From NCBI RefSeq assembly GCF_964355755.1, contig NC_092673.1:25975648-26039647 (forward strand): DNA of 64,000 nt, read 5' to 3'. The translations under genes were made by a program, and so were the position numbers. Numbering within the stretch: the first letter of the stretch is position 1; the number at the start of each line of letters is the position of its first letter. Positions 1 through 12,554 of this stretch are shown here, one piece after another. Source of the stretch: Antedon mediterranea. Taxonomy: Eukaryota > Animalia > Echinodermata. Under the pieces are notes generated by a model. It searched no databases. It was not told where the DNA came from and was given only the letters and a program-made list of their open reading frames with translations.

Positions 1-441
1 ACTGTAATTTTTTCGAATTGCAAACAATTACGGTCCGCGAAAATAAAAAACTTTACGGTAAACTGATTTATTGCATCTATTTCTGTAATAATTTGTACTG
101 AAGTACACTTGGTAGGAATCCATTATCAGATGAATAGATTTAGACTTTGTTTGTATATCAGTTATCGACCAATATCGGCTAACAGACAATAATCCGTCAT
201 AGTGATTACACGTAAACATCCTATGAATGCTAAATATGTGTCAATCGCTTCACTTAATTAAAATAATTATAATATATAATAATTATAATATATAATAATT
301 ATAATACTACATACTAAATAATTAATAGTGAGAGATACATTTTTCGCAAAAAAAATACAATAAAAGAAATGTGTATGAAAGCGTGATGTTTATTGTATTT
401 GATTTTTTAATTAAATAACATGGAATAAACATCTACCTTAA

Positions 442-883
442 AGATGATTGTCCCCCAAAAACATGAAAAATTAAGATTAATTAAATCAGATTTTGAGTAG
501 GTTATTTTGTAGTTTTTAGTCGCGTGGACGCGACTCTATAGTTCACTATGTCGGTCGGTCGGTCGGTCTGTCGGTCTGTCGGTCTGTCTGTCGGTCCGGT
601 ATCACTATGCGTTTTAGCACGCGACTTATGGCTGTTGGCCTTGTTATAAAGTTAATCCCTTCCGTAAACAAAAATAATGTCAAATTATCGTATCTTTTAT
701 AAATAATTCAAACCAAAAACCCATTGGCTGGCAGACAATTTGACTATTTTTTGCTTTAGGCCTAAATTAATTAAATAATTTGTTTTCGATTCAATTTTTG
801 TTAAATTTGATAACTACATTGAAATGGCATATTCAACAACAAAAAATGTTTAAAAAAATATTTTTCAGGGGGACAATACATCT
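442..883. mobile_element. Short non-autonomous Kolobok-like DNA transposon carrying a nested HINE
   Basis: TTAA|AGATG-ATTGTCCCCC ... GGGGGACAATACATCT|TAAA. Both subterminal regions are homologous to the ends of the 8944-11540 element. Confidence 0.7.
513..645 (+). mobile_element. Helentron-associated (HINE / DINE-1-like) non-autonomous element
   Basis: Starts in a T run; AGTCGCGT-gg-ACGCGACT inverted repeat; (GTCG/GTCT)n microsatellite; second ACGCGACT subTIR; short 3' hairpin GGCtgttgGCC; ends TT. Absent from the homologous site (~9013) of the longer copy. Confidence 0.7.
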
Positions 884-3800
884 TAAATATATAACTTTCA
901 CATTATACTTTATACACTTTGTTGAGACTTATATGGGTCATCTGACAATCAGACATAACCAATCAATTTAAAATAATCCAGGAAAATGGCAAGACAAGTA
1001 GACAAATGAACCCAATGTGACTGTTAATTCCAAGAATCTGTAAGAATATTTTCAAACGGAAATATTTAATTAATCCAATACAGTTACAGTACTTGATAAC
1101 TATTTTAATCTTGTACTTCTTTTTATAGAAATATTTATTCATATAGTTCATTTAACGATTATTGATATTCCGTTACGTAGACAACGGTTATTGCGTCTAG
1201 ACAACATTCCTTTATTAGAAAGTCTCTAAAAACAATTAATTACCTTTTAGAGATAATATCTATAATAGGTCTAGTGATTTTATTTTCGTTTTAAGTTAAT
1301 CAATTTCCTCGTTTTGTTCACCAAACCTTATGGCTATATACACTATCAATTTTTAAATTTTAGGTTGTATTAAATACCCTGTTGATATGCTCGCGAATAT
1401 TTTTAATGCGAATCTAGCAAACAAGATAATATCACAGAATAGGTATGACACATGCAATAAAGTCAGACAGTCAAGAGTCAAAATAATTTAATGAAATATT
1501 ACTATTTAAAAAGAAACCCGAACAAATCTAAATCAAATCAATATTTTTTTGTTAAAATTATAGGTGAAAATTGCAAAATACACAAACAAAGAATTTCTTA
1601 AATTTGTTTGTTCTTTTCTTTTTGACCAAAGGTCATTTATTGAAACTTTAAATTCATTATCAACCACAATACAATAAACTATATAAAATCAGCGCCCATT
1701 TTTATAGGTATTTTTTTTATTTATAAAAAGATCAACAAAGTTTTCCCTTGATATGTTTTTTTTTTTCAGGAAAAATAGTAGCCGTCCTGGAAACTCTCAA
1801 TCAAATAGGTTAAAACTGCCTTAATACAAAAGTAATAATATAGATATTGCAAAGTGCAAGTGAGTGCTGCGAGCAGATCTAATGCCTAGCATAACGTAGT
1901 TTTGATGACGGTGGGCCGGCCCTCCTAAAGACACAAACCCAATGTCTATACTAGAACACTTCTCATTGGATAAAAAAATACCTCCCATGGATCATGCAGC
2001 GTACAATCATCATTCGCCTGCAATACTTGTTTTCAACCGCATAGAGCGAAAGTCGTAAACGTAGCCTAGGTCGTCTTAGGCCAATGTTTTGTAGACAAAC
2101 AGTGAACTTTCAGATCTCACAAGCAATGAAGCATGACATTGGTGTCGAGAATATTATACTGAATACTATAGCTGCTACGCAGCAAAACGATATGTTTCTA
2201 ACATAGCAACTTGTTCCGAGTTTCTTTTAAAATACAGTACGTGTACTTTATATACAAAGGTTAATACATCTGAACAAAGATTCTGAACTGTTCATTGTAA
2301 CGAGCAACATTTTCTATAATTACATTGTGATCGAGGCAATCGTCTTAAGTTACATTGATCGACTAAATTGTATTCAATAACATTATTACTGTGTATTTCA
2401 AACTCGTATACATTTGTTAACAGATGAACAGTAAATGTCAATTTCAGTTAATCGGTGTTAACCAAAGTCTACAGTGCCTTCTAAATTATCGCAAAGTACA
2501 TTGTTCATTAGTGGATGAACTAATTGCGGCGAATAGCGGTATTTACTGTTTAATGTCGATATATGATCACTATTAGTGAATGACCGAATCAAAACACGTT
2601 ATTGAACGACTTCGATTCAATTGCCATAATCAGTGATTGATGCTACAGTAAATAGGGGCTACAATGTGTACAATAGTAAAGATAAGGAAAAACTTCAACA
2701 ACAAAATAAAGCTAGTCTGTGGTAATGAAGAGGAAACTTTTTCCATACATTGGCTTACAGGTTCGAATCCAATGACGTCATCTAACCTTAATTTTAGAAA
2801 TTACCACAACTGTGTCGTCGAGTAATAATAAAGTGAGGAAGCGCGTCCAAACTCCTACGCATGCGCACAATGACTTAACATGAACAAGCATGTTGTTGGG
2901 CGTCACAGTGCCTGTACGACTCATGCAATCGAGTACACTCGCTCAAATTTAACCGGACATAACAAAACCATCAGTTTCTTAGCTACGGATTTTCTTAACA
3001 AACTGTTACTAATGATATGTTACTAATGATAGTGCACATTTTTCTTCAAATAAAATTGCAAAACTTAATGTATATACACGATTACCATCTACAGAAAAAT
3101 GCCATACAATAGGCCTATTTATTGATTTTTTTCTTGATTTTGTTTCAATAATCACATACCGTCTGGTACGTGACGTCATCAGACACATTGAAAGAGACAC
3201 GAACAAATATTTGTCAAGAATAATTACAAAAAAAGTGACGTATGGCACGTCCCCGAGACACAAAGAAACAGAAAAAGACGATAAAATGTATTAACATTTA
3301 AAATGTGTAGGTGTTTATTATATCATAGCGGAAGTAAAAGGCAACGTTTAAGTTGTTTACAGACTATCATATTCTAATAAACACATCAACAAAAAGACAA
3401 ATTAACGATTACTTTTGACATTTACTCAATTCACATTTATTTACTCATCCTTTATAAATATAGTAAATGATGGCAAGGATCCTGCATAGAGAAGTATTTA
3501 AACCTGCTTAATAAATCTGAATACAAGTGGAGCCAATAAAGGGGACACCTCCGAGTGTAGTGTTTAAAAATGCATTTCACGAGAAACTTTCTTATAAGTG
3601 GCGTTCACATCGAACTATGGCTAGTTAATTTAACTAGATTATCTATAATGATCTCGCCATAATTTGGATGTGAACGCTCAATTATGTCCGGATGATGGTT
3701 TTTTTCTGGACAATTATTGCTGCTTGGATTTAGAACTAAATCCAAGGATAGCCAGTTATTTTATGAGGGTAATCCAATTAACAACCCAGCAGGTGACCTT

Positions 3801-6800
3801 CAGTCTCATTTGCACTAATGAAATTAAAGAATTGTTTAACCCAATTGAAGAATTTTCATATTTTACATTTAAATTGCAAGGAATATGGTTATTCTTCATT
3901 GTGTACTACCGTAAAATGTCCTAAAAAATTAAATGAACTATGTCTGATGAGGAACAGAGGTCTATAATAGATATAAGAGAAGATGGTAGGCCTACAATAT
4001 TTACTATACTGAAAAGTATATAAAAAAAGTATACAAAATTTAACAAATGATTAATTGGTAATCACAAGTTAAAAGTAAACAACATACAGGATAAATAAAA
4101 AAAAGAGATGATTTTTTTTATACATAAAATAGTATTTAAAATCTTCAATACCAGGTTTTATGAAATTGAATTAACTAGACATAATTGTGCCAAAGAACAG
4201 GATTTGTCAAGGTTAGTCCAGTTAGTAGAAAATTGTTAAATCCACTTCTTCTAGACATAGTTCCATGTGAACCCCACTATAGTGTTTTCCCCCGATTAGT
4301 GTCAGAGAAAAGGATTTCTTTTACTGTAGCCTACGTCACATGACGCCTGTTTGGGATTACCCAGGTTTGACACCCCTTTTATGTAATATTCTACCACTAT
4401 CCTATCATCCTAACACGATTGTTTGTATTCATAGATATAGGCCCACATTTGTTTAACGGAAGAGATATTAACGGCATTATCCATTGCAACAAAGCATTCA
4501 CTAAGTTAGGCGGTTTTAATATCACTCCAGATGATTTTAAACTAAACCAAACATGAATTAAGAATAATATATAAAGGTCAATAGTTAATTGAAACTAGAG
4601 TATCTTTTGACAAATTAAGTTGATGACGTCATTCAAAGGGTGCGCGAAAATTACCAGGATAAAAAACCCCATTAATTAGAGGAAAAACCTGTGGTATTTC
4701 CGGTTCTGCTTTCTTGAGGTAATTGCATATGTAATAACACTTCACAACTTTTTACTCAGCTAATGCATAATTCCTTTGATATTAAATACGAAACATCAAA
4801 TGAAATCAAAAGTTAAAATACGGAAACGAACGAAAGCACAGTAGGTAAGACGAATTAACGAGTATTCGACCGGTTTGTTTTGATCAGTTAACTAGAAGCA
4901 CGTGCGGATTTGAGTAGATAGATGTTCTCAAAATTCGAACCAGTCGAATACGCTATCTGATGCTGCCAAACTATTGTTAAACTGGTCTTCATTTTCTCTT
5001 ATGTAAACTACGTGTGTTAACATGCCAAACCATCTTGAAATCATTACCGAAACATGAAAAAATATGGTATCTACTGATAGAAAACACCAGAGAATAATTT
5101 GGCAAAATGCGTGGAATTACCTGTCAACTTTTAAAAAAAAATTCTCATCACCGTGTTGACGCTCCCTCAGAACGGAAACGGAGATCGTAGTAAGTGAGCG
5201 CCACACATTGCCCTTAATCTTTTAGAAGCTTACAGAGGGCAAGACGTAGAGAAAAGATTTGTGAGAAGCTACAATAATGACTGGTGTAACACCTTATAAA
5301 TCGTACTAACCCTTGGGATCTGAGCTGAACATTATAAAACATTAAACCGTCGATACTAAAACTCGATCTGACGTGACAAAATGACACGGTTATAGTACGT
5401 CGTTTAGGCCTAGAGTAATTAGAGCGTGGTTGACACCATTTAGACGAGTTTGCGACCGAATACGTACGCCGAGAAATCTATTTCGCAGGCCAACATTTAT
5501 CGGTTTAACATTTTAAAACCAGTATCTTAATAAGAAGCCAATGAATAAAAAAAAAACACCTGGTCATCGACCAAAGCATTTTTTATTTATAGCCAAAGAC
5601 AAATAAATTATGACTATATTCAGTCCATTTTATTACTTTGCGTGTTAAAGTGTTATATAAAAAGTTATTATAAGCATATATCATACGTCGTGTCTACCTA
5701 TTAATTAGGTCATTGTAATAATCATTATTACCGTATCTTATATTTCACCTGTTCGTTGAAATTGGCGTTGATAATACAGGTCTATTATAATGGAAAACAA
5801 TTCTCATCTAGAGCTCTAATTTCAATTTGTTCTAAGTGGTACAAAATATCAACCAAGACAATGTCACTTTTATAATTATTATAATATTTATTTGCCTAAA
5901 CTTAAAATAGATGCAGTAGAGCAAATTTAGGAGTAAAAGGCTATTGACTTGATTCAAGCTTGACCCATGCGCAAGGTGTCTTTTATTTTGTAGATAATTA
6001 TTCTAATACAAAAAACTTAAACCAGATTAACAGCTGCCGAGATGGTGATCCATTCTAATGTTTGCGGCTCATTTGTGAAACACCTCATGTTTATTTCAAT
6101 TATTCGTCGAGTCTTTTATAATCGTGTCAAGAAAAATAAAAAGCAAGTGCGAACATTAACAAAAACCTTCAAACAAATTTATCCATTGTAATAATATTTT
6201 TGTTCGGTAAGTCAACGTACTTTGAGGTGTTAACGCGTTTGTATTCCGTTACATTGCAAGAAAGGTCACTTTATCTACTTTCTAATCAAAAGACAATCTA
6301 CTTTCCCAAAGGTTCTGTAATAACTGTTATAATAGAATACTGAAATCATAAGAATGAATAAAATTCTGACAAAAATGTTTGAAATTAATAAGATTTAAAT
6401 TCCTCAAGTAGGTCTGCAGCTACGTCCTGAACAGATACTACATTGACAGAGAGTTTTAAAAGCACTGAAAGAGCAACTATACAACCGTTATTTTTTACCT
6501 ATCAGAAAGGATATTTATTTATCATTAGTAGGTCAATTATGAATTATCGTTCCATATAAATACAATTTGATTTAATCTATTTCAACAATTGTAATTTGTT
6601 GTTCATTTCAAATACAGGTTCATTGTTGTGTTTTTTTTTAATTGTTTAGACGGAACAACACGTTTTTGCTTTCTGGGTTCAGTCTTTTTTTACTTAAATA
6701 TGATTTCTTTATTTTAATATTAATTAGTAATGTTAATGTTAGTATTATTGGTTAAGATCAGGAAAGAGTGAAATTGTAGAAGATCACAGCATATTATTTG

Positions 6801-7308
6801 ATACCGTTATAAGTGGATTTCTCAGTACTATAGGTAACGGATAGGCCTTGAAATCACATTGCAAATAATGAATCAAAACAGTTTTACAAATTTTGTGATT
6901 TATATATGTTTGCAATTTATAAAAACAAAGATTTATTTTCTTTTTAAAAATATCTGCAGATTGACATTTTTTAATTAACCGGCTGATATGTGTTGGCGTG
7001 GCATTAGATAAATTAGCTTTTATACGTTAATTATTGTGAGCTGACCAAATACTATAACAGTGAACTATTCAAGTTATATGGTTTGAGTCATCAGGCGTTA
7101 TTGCATATGAACGGTTTTAAGAGGTTTATAATAGCTTGAATACATCTTATTTTTAAATAACGGCAATATTTAATCCTTTTAATTAATTTTACAAGGCAAA
7201 ATAAAACAGGTAATGGATAATAACCATTATTGTGTTCGCGTTGCATTGCACAATTATGTGGGTGTGATTCGTATTTTGGCGTGGTCTTCACTTGGCTCTT
7301 TTTACTAA

Positions 7309-7483
7309 AGCTTGGTTCCCACTAGAACGTAACACAAGGACGTAAACGCAACGCAAGCGTTTTAACCAATGACAAGCGAAGTTATAGACAGCAATCACAA
7401 GCGAATAAGCCATCTCTTGTGATTGGTCAATTCACTTGCGTTGCGTTACGTCCTTGTGTTGCGTCGCTAGTGGGAACCACGCT
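7309..7483. mobile_element. PIF/Harbinger (Tourist-like) MITE, family A
   Basis: TAA|AGCTTGGTTCCCACTAG ... CTAGTGGGAACCACGCT|TAA with largely palindromic interior. Near-identical inverted copy at 27391-27569. Confidence 0.8.
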
Positions 7484-7680
7484 TAAGAGACTAAAGGCGA
7501 GAGCAGTGTAGCCACAAAAAGTTGCCCATTTTTAGTGGTAAATCTATAGAGCGCAAAGCTGTCACTTAGTAAGGTTTTTATAACAAATCTTTAATTACAA
7601 TAAAAATGGCAGTTTGGCGTGCCATAATTATATTATTTTTCTGTTTCTATTTCCAACACCAGAATACTCTGTTCAGATGT

Positions 7681-8652
7681 ATTTTATTTTATTTTATTTT
7701 ATTTTATTCAATCAAAACCAACAGCGATAAATACCGCCACTAACAGGTTTGAAACATAAAACAATACAACATCAAAAACGGTTAACAATAAAATACAGAT
7801 AAAATATATATATATATAAAAAAAACATAGATTGGCATGCCATAAAAAATTTCAATTAAAACAGGTTATGCAGACTGTTCAAGAAGTGAACACATCATCG
7901 TCCTCTTAAAATAACCAAGTCTATCATTAAAAATATCGATATGATTGCTATTTAGATTATTAAATGTATAAGGTAGTCTATGAAAAAGTCCCCTCTTAGT
8001 ACAGTCGACACGGCTAAAAGGAATATGCAATAAATGTCTATTTCGTGTACGACCAGGAACATTTAAACTAAATAGTGAAATTAATGAACAGTCATATTTA
8101 GAATTTAAAATATTATATAAAAAAACCATATCAGATATCGTTCGACGATTGCTGACAGAATCAATGGAAAAGGCAAAATTAACACAGTTATAAGACAGGA
8201 ATCGAACAAACTTCCGTTGAACAGTGTCGATTCGACGGGCCTGACATGGAGAAATTGAATTGAAAATTGCGGAACAATATTCAAGGTGAGGACGTATAAT
8301 AGATTTGTATAAAGATAAAAGTGCCCTGCCGTCGTTCATAAACCTACAATTTCTCCATATTAAGCCCATCATTCTATTAGCTTTTGACAACACATGATTA
8401 ATATGTGAACAAAAATTTAATTTACTATCAATAAAAATACCTAAATCTTTCCATACATAAACCATCTCAAGATCATGTCCACTCAGATTATAATTGAAGA
8501 GCACAGGCCTTTTTTTAAGTGTTATAGATAAATATTTGCATTTATTAGCATTAAGTTTTATCCCCCACTTCTCCGTCCATTCCACGAGACCATCCAGATC
8601 CTCCTGAAGTGAAAAAGCATCCTGTGGAGTGGTAATCACTTTAAACAATTTC
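7681..8652 (-). mobile_element. 5'-truncated non-LTR retrotransposon (CR1/Jockey-group RT C-terminus)
   Basis: 260-aa ORF 7866-8648 with LQEDLDGLVEWTEKWGIKLNANKC, KDLGIFIDSKLNF, LYKSIIRPHLEYCS; (TAAAA)n 3' tail at ~7681-7707. Confidence 0.9.
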
Positions 8653-8943
8653 AGTATTACTATTATTAAACAAAATATATATCAGTATCACTATCGAAAC
8701 AATATAATGTGGTGATATACGTTATATTTAATTACTGCTTAATTTTACTGTGAATGCTTGATATACTTCAGTAAAAACAAATGCGTTTATAAGCAAAGGT
8801 TTTTTGAATTAGTAGTGGATATACCTTGAAAAGTAATGAGACAAGTCGGTAGATTCTAATCATTGTATAAACAACGTTGAAATCAGAACTGATAAGTAAC
8901 AACACAAAATAGAGAACATTGACTTGAAATGATGTTATCTTAA

Positions 8944-11540
8944 AGTTGTATTGTCCCCCAAAACATGAAAAATGAAGATCAATTAAATCAAATTTTGAAT
9001 AGATCATATTGTAGCTATAATAAAGTTGTTCACTTTCGCCGAAAAAAAATCCGAAAAAAATTATTAATTTCGCTAAGAAAAAAGCAAAATAAGTTAATCA
9101 ATTTTCCCAACTTGTCAGCTCAAAATTTAGGCCGATAGAGCTAACTCATAAATATGCATGATATGTTAATGAGCATCGACACAGCTGGGATCTGATCTAA
9201 CAAACATGGATGATGCACGTTGTGTACACAACACCCACAGATCGACGCGACTCGACTGGGGGTTTCCCCTGATCGTATGTAAAGCTAAGCTGTTAATTTG
9301 TCGGTAAGTAGGCCTAGACGGTTATTTTAAATATAATAATTATATATATAACGCAAACTAAACAGACGTTTGTAATAACAGGAAGGTAATTAATTAACTT
9401 AGCCTGGGATTTTTTCAGGGCTAGGCCTAGAATAATACATGCATAGGCTAGTAGTAGTAGTAGTAGAGGAGGCAGGCTGCTGGGACAATCGGGTCTCTGC
9501 AGAAAATGCCCAGCTAGGCCCTATACATTGTACTCTTCATAGACTGGCCTAGGCTAGGCCATCAATCCGAAAATACAGCCAGCCTGCTGTACCATATACA
9601 TAATTTACAGTTGAATCTTGTTTAACTAGTTTTTATGATAAAAATAAAACAAACATTTTTTCAGGGAAAATGGTTACAATACAACTTACAAGCCTGAAGT
9701 TGAGAACCTTCCTCCAGCAGCACTGTACAAGTAGACAGAGGGGAAAAGCCAGCTTAGCCATTTTACCACACAAACTACTGTTCTTTACCATGTAACTCTG
9801 TACTGTAGTAAGTCAAATATTTGTTTTCTCTTTATTAAGTCTTAGTTGTAATGTGTTTTACCATAGAAAGTTAGTGTACTTATTTGTCAAAGCAAGCAAT
9901 TTCACTAGCCCACATTTTGCACTAAATGTGCATGATCTAGACCTATTTATAAATACCAAATTCCAGGTTTTCGTACTTTGCCGAAATTAAAAACTTTAGA
10001 TTTTGTGAAATATTTAACTTATTTATACATCATTATTTAAACATTTTTATTTAAAGACGTTGAGCTGATGAAGACTGGAACAGAGGTCACATTTGTACTT
10101 CATAAAGACAACTGATGATAGACTCTGTATATGATTGGATATTGCAAGAAAAATATTTGTGATGCTGCATTCGGCCAATATGTTCCTGTTCAGCTTGTAA
10201 AATGTTGTACAGTATAATTTTTTTTATAAAGCAATAATATTTGTACAGTATATTATTTTGTAAACATAACATTCAATAAATAAAAAATACTACTACAACA
10301 GTACACAGAATAAATTCTTCAATTTTACTTACACTTCATAATGTTACTGTAAATATTACATTGCAAAAGGAGTTAATAAAAAATATATATAGGCCTAGGC
10401 CTATATACAGTTACAGTATATCTTATTGAATTCCTGTATTGTTTTTTGTGTCAATTTGTCTACTAATATCAATGTGTTGATTGTGGCAGTAATTACGGCA
10501 GCTATAGTCTTCTAAGATCGCTCATATCCATTACAAAGTGTCATTTTAATAGTAAGAAATGTTTCAATAAATTGTGAATGTTGCCGATACATTTTGTGTT
10601 TCTCACTACTTCACTTGCTCTTATTGTTCAATCAATGTTAATACCTGAAAAAAAAGAAGAAAATTGTGTCAAATATCTGCATAAAATGGTTAATTGTGCA
10701 AATGTTGATTTGAACCTATTGCATTTGATGCAGAAAATATTTTTAAAATACTGTACAGTAAACATTCAAAACAATATTTAGATTTATTTGGTAATTTTCT
10801 CTGCAGAATAGATAGTTGAAATCCTAACAAATTAAACCAATTTATCAGGATGCCAAACAAAATTATAAAAAAAAAATACATCCCTCCTGGTGGTGGTCTA
10901 GCCCTAGCTAGTAGTGTACTGCCTAGCCTAGGCCTACTACCTCTACTTATAGAAACAGGAGGCAGCAGTAAGGCTACTCGAGACTGCCTGCCATGTGGTT
11001 GTGCTAGTTAGTACTAGGCCTACTAGTATGTAGTAGACTAGTATACAGTAGCAGAAAACTCGGGCCTAGGGCCTAGGCCTAGCTAGGCCTCTCCTGCTAG
11101 CGAAACAAAAACTCACCTAAATGAATAAGATTCAACATCAAAGTTACCAACTGCAGTTCTACTTAGTATTCTGCTAGCTATAGTTTTCGTGTTTTCTTCA
11201 AGATCGTCTCGCGTCACTACTCGACTCTCTCTATGCATTGCTATCGTCGCGTTGTTGGCTGTTTGTTGAGAGAACCATCATCCACAAGATGTATCCATAC
11301 AATATGAATATTTATGAGCTAACTCAGGTCAAGGGTTAAATTAAACCGGAACACGTTTGTCTTCCAGACAAATAGCTTCCGGTTGGTTAATTTTTGCTTT
11401 AAATTACGATTTTCTCGAGTAAAACATTTTTTTTTTCGATCCAATTTCAGTTCAAAGTGAATAACTTTTATGTGCAATTAAAATGGCCTATTCAACAAAA
11501 ATATTTAAAAAAAAAATGTTTTCAGGGGGACAATACATCT
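8944..11540. mobile_element. 2.6-kb Kolobok-like DNA transposon (non-autonomous or decayed)
   Basis: Perfect TTAA duplication (8940-8943, 11541-11544); termini AG...CT; 16-bp TIR AGTTGTATTGTCCCCC / AGATGTATTGTCCCCC (15/16). No intact long ORF inside. Confidence 0.75.
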
Positions 11541-12129
11541 TTAAGCATGTCGTAAATTGACAACCTCTTCAAGTGATAATATCTTTTTTTACTAAATAAT
11601 ACGGAGTTTTAATATTAATATTTCAGTAATTCGACACCAACGTCTATTATTTTTAGGCTTCATAAACACTAATATATAACGGATATGTTCTGTGCTAGGT
11701 CCTATAATGATTGAAAAAGTACCGTGTGTTGGTACATAATGATGATACAATAGAACTCCTATTAGGGGACATCTTCGGGGCTTAATCAATTGTTCAATTC
11801 AAACCTTTAATAGGAGTGGAGAGGAATTGGTAAAACCGTTTCCCCTTGTTCGCTTCTCGGAAAAGTGTTCCAACGTTACGTAGGGGTTCTAATGTGGCCT
11901 AGGAATATTAATTCCAATCGTTTAATTTTATGTAAAGTTTAAACTTTGTTAACATTTTTAAAATGTGCGACCTGCAGCGTGAGAAGCGAATGGATTAGCT
12001 TGTCATAATCCCCGAGGATCCTTTTGGCATTAACTCTCGCTTAATACTGTTACAATAAGCCTCAACAGCTCAAGCCTTCCTATTGGTGGTTAATATGACT
12101 TGATAATTAGCCTTACAACCTCCGCAACA

Positions 12130-12259
12130 TATATAAGATCTATAGCATTCCTGTTGTTAGTCACAGTTTACCCTCAGAGCAAGCGCTGCCAGGTCCATTG
12201 AAAACTAAACAACTTGTGAGGAAGCTTTGTTGCTGTTTTGGCAAAACTACAAAATCTTG
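12130..12259 (+). promoter_or_regulatory. TATA box and probable non-coding exon 1 of knottin paralog 1
   Basis: TATATAA at 12130-12136, likely start ~12160, donor G|gtaaga at 12260, next acceptor at 12537-12538. Confidence 0.6.
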
Positions 12260-12554
12260 GTAAGAAAGTTGAACAATTGAATAATAATTATTGTTGTAAT
12301 TGGTTAATGCTTGTGCCCAAAATTACACATGCGCGCTTTTTTAAAGATAGGAAATTGGTTGGATATATTTGGTTCAGCTAAAAGCGCAGTTATGTTTTTT
12401 AAGCGCCGCTGAGATTTTCTTTGATGTCTTCACTGTGATATTTAAACTATATCGATATTATACCAATGCTCTAGTAACTCTATTTGGTAATATATTAATG
12501 TAATCTCTCTTCATATTTATGTTTTGCCTGATTTCTAGATTTGAAAGTTCTAAA

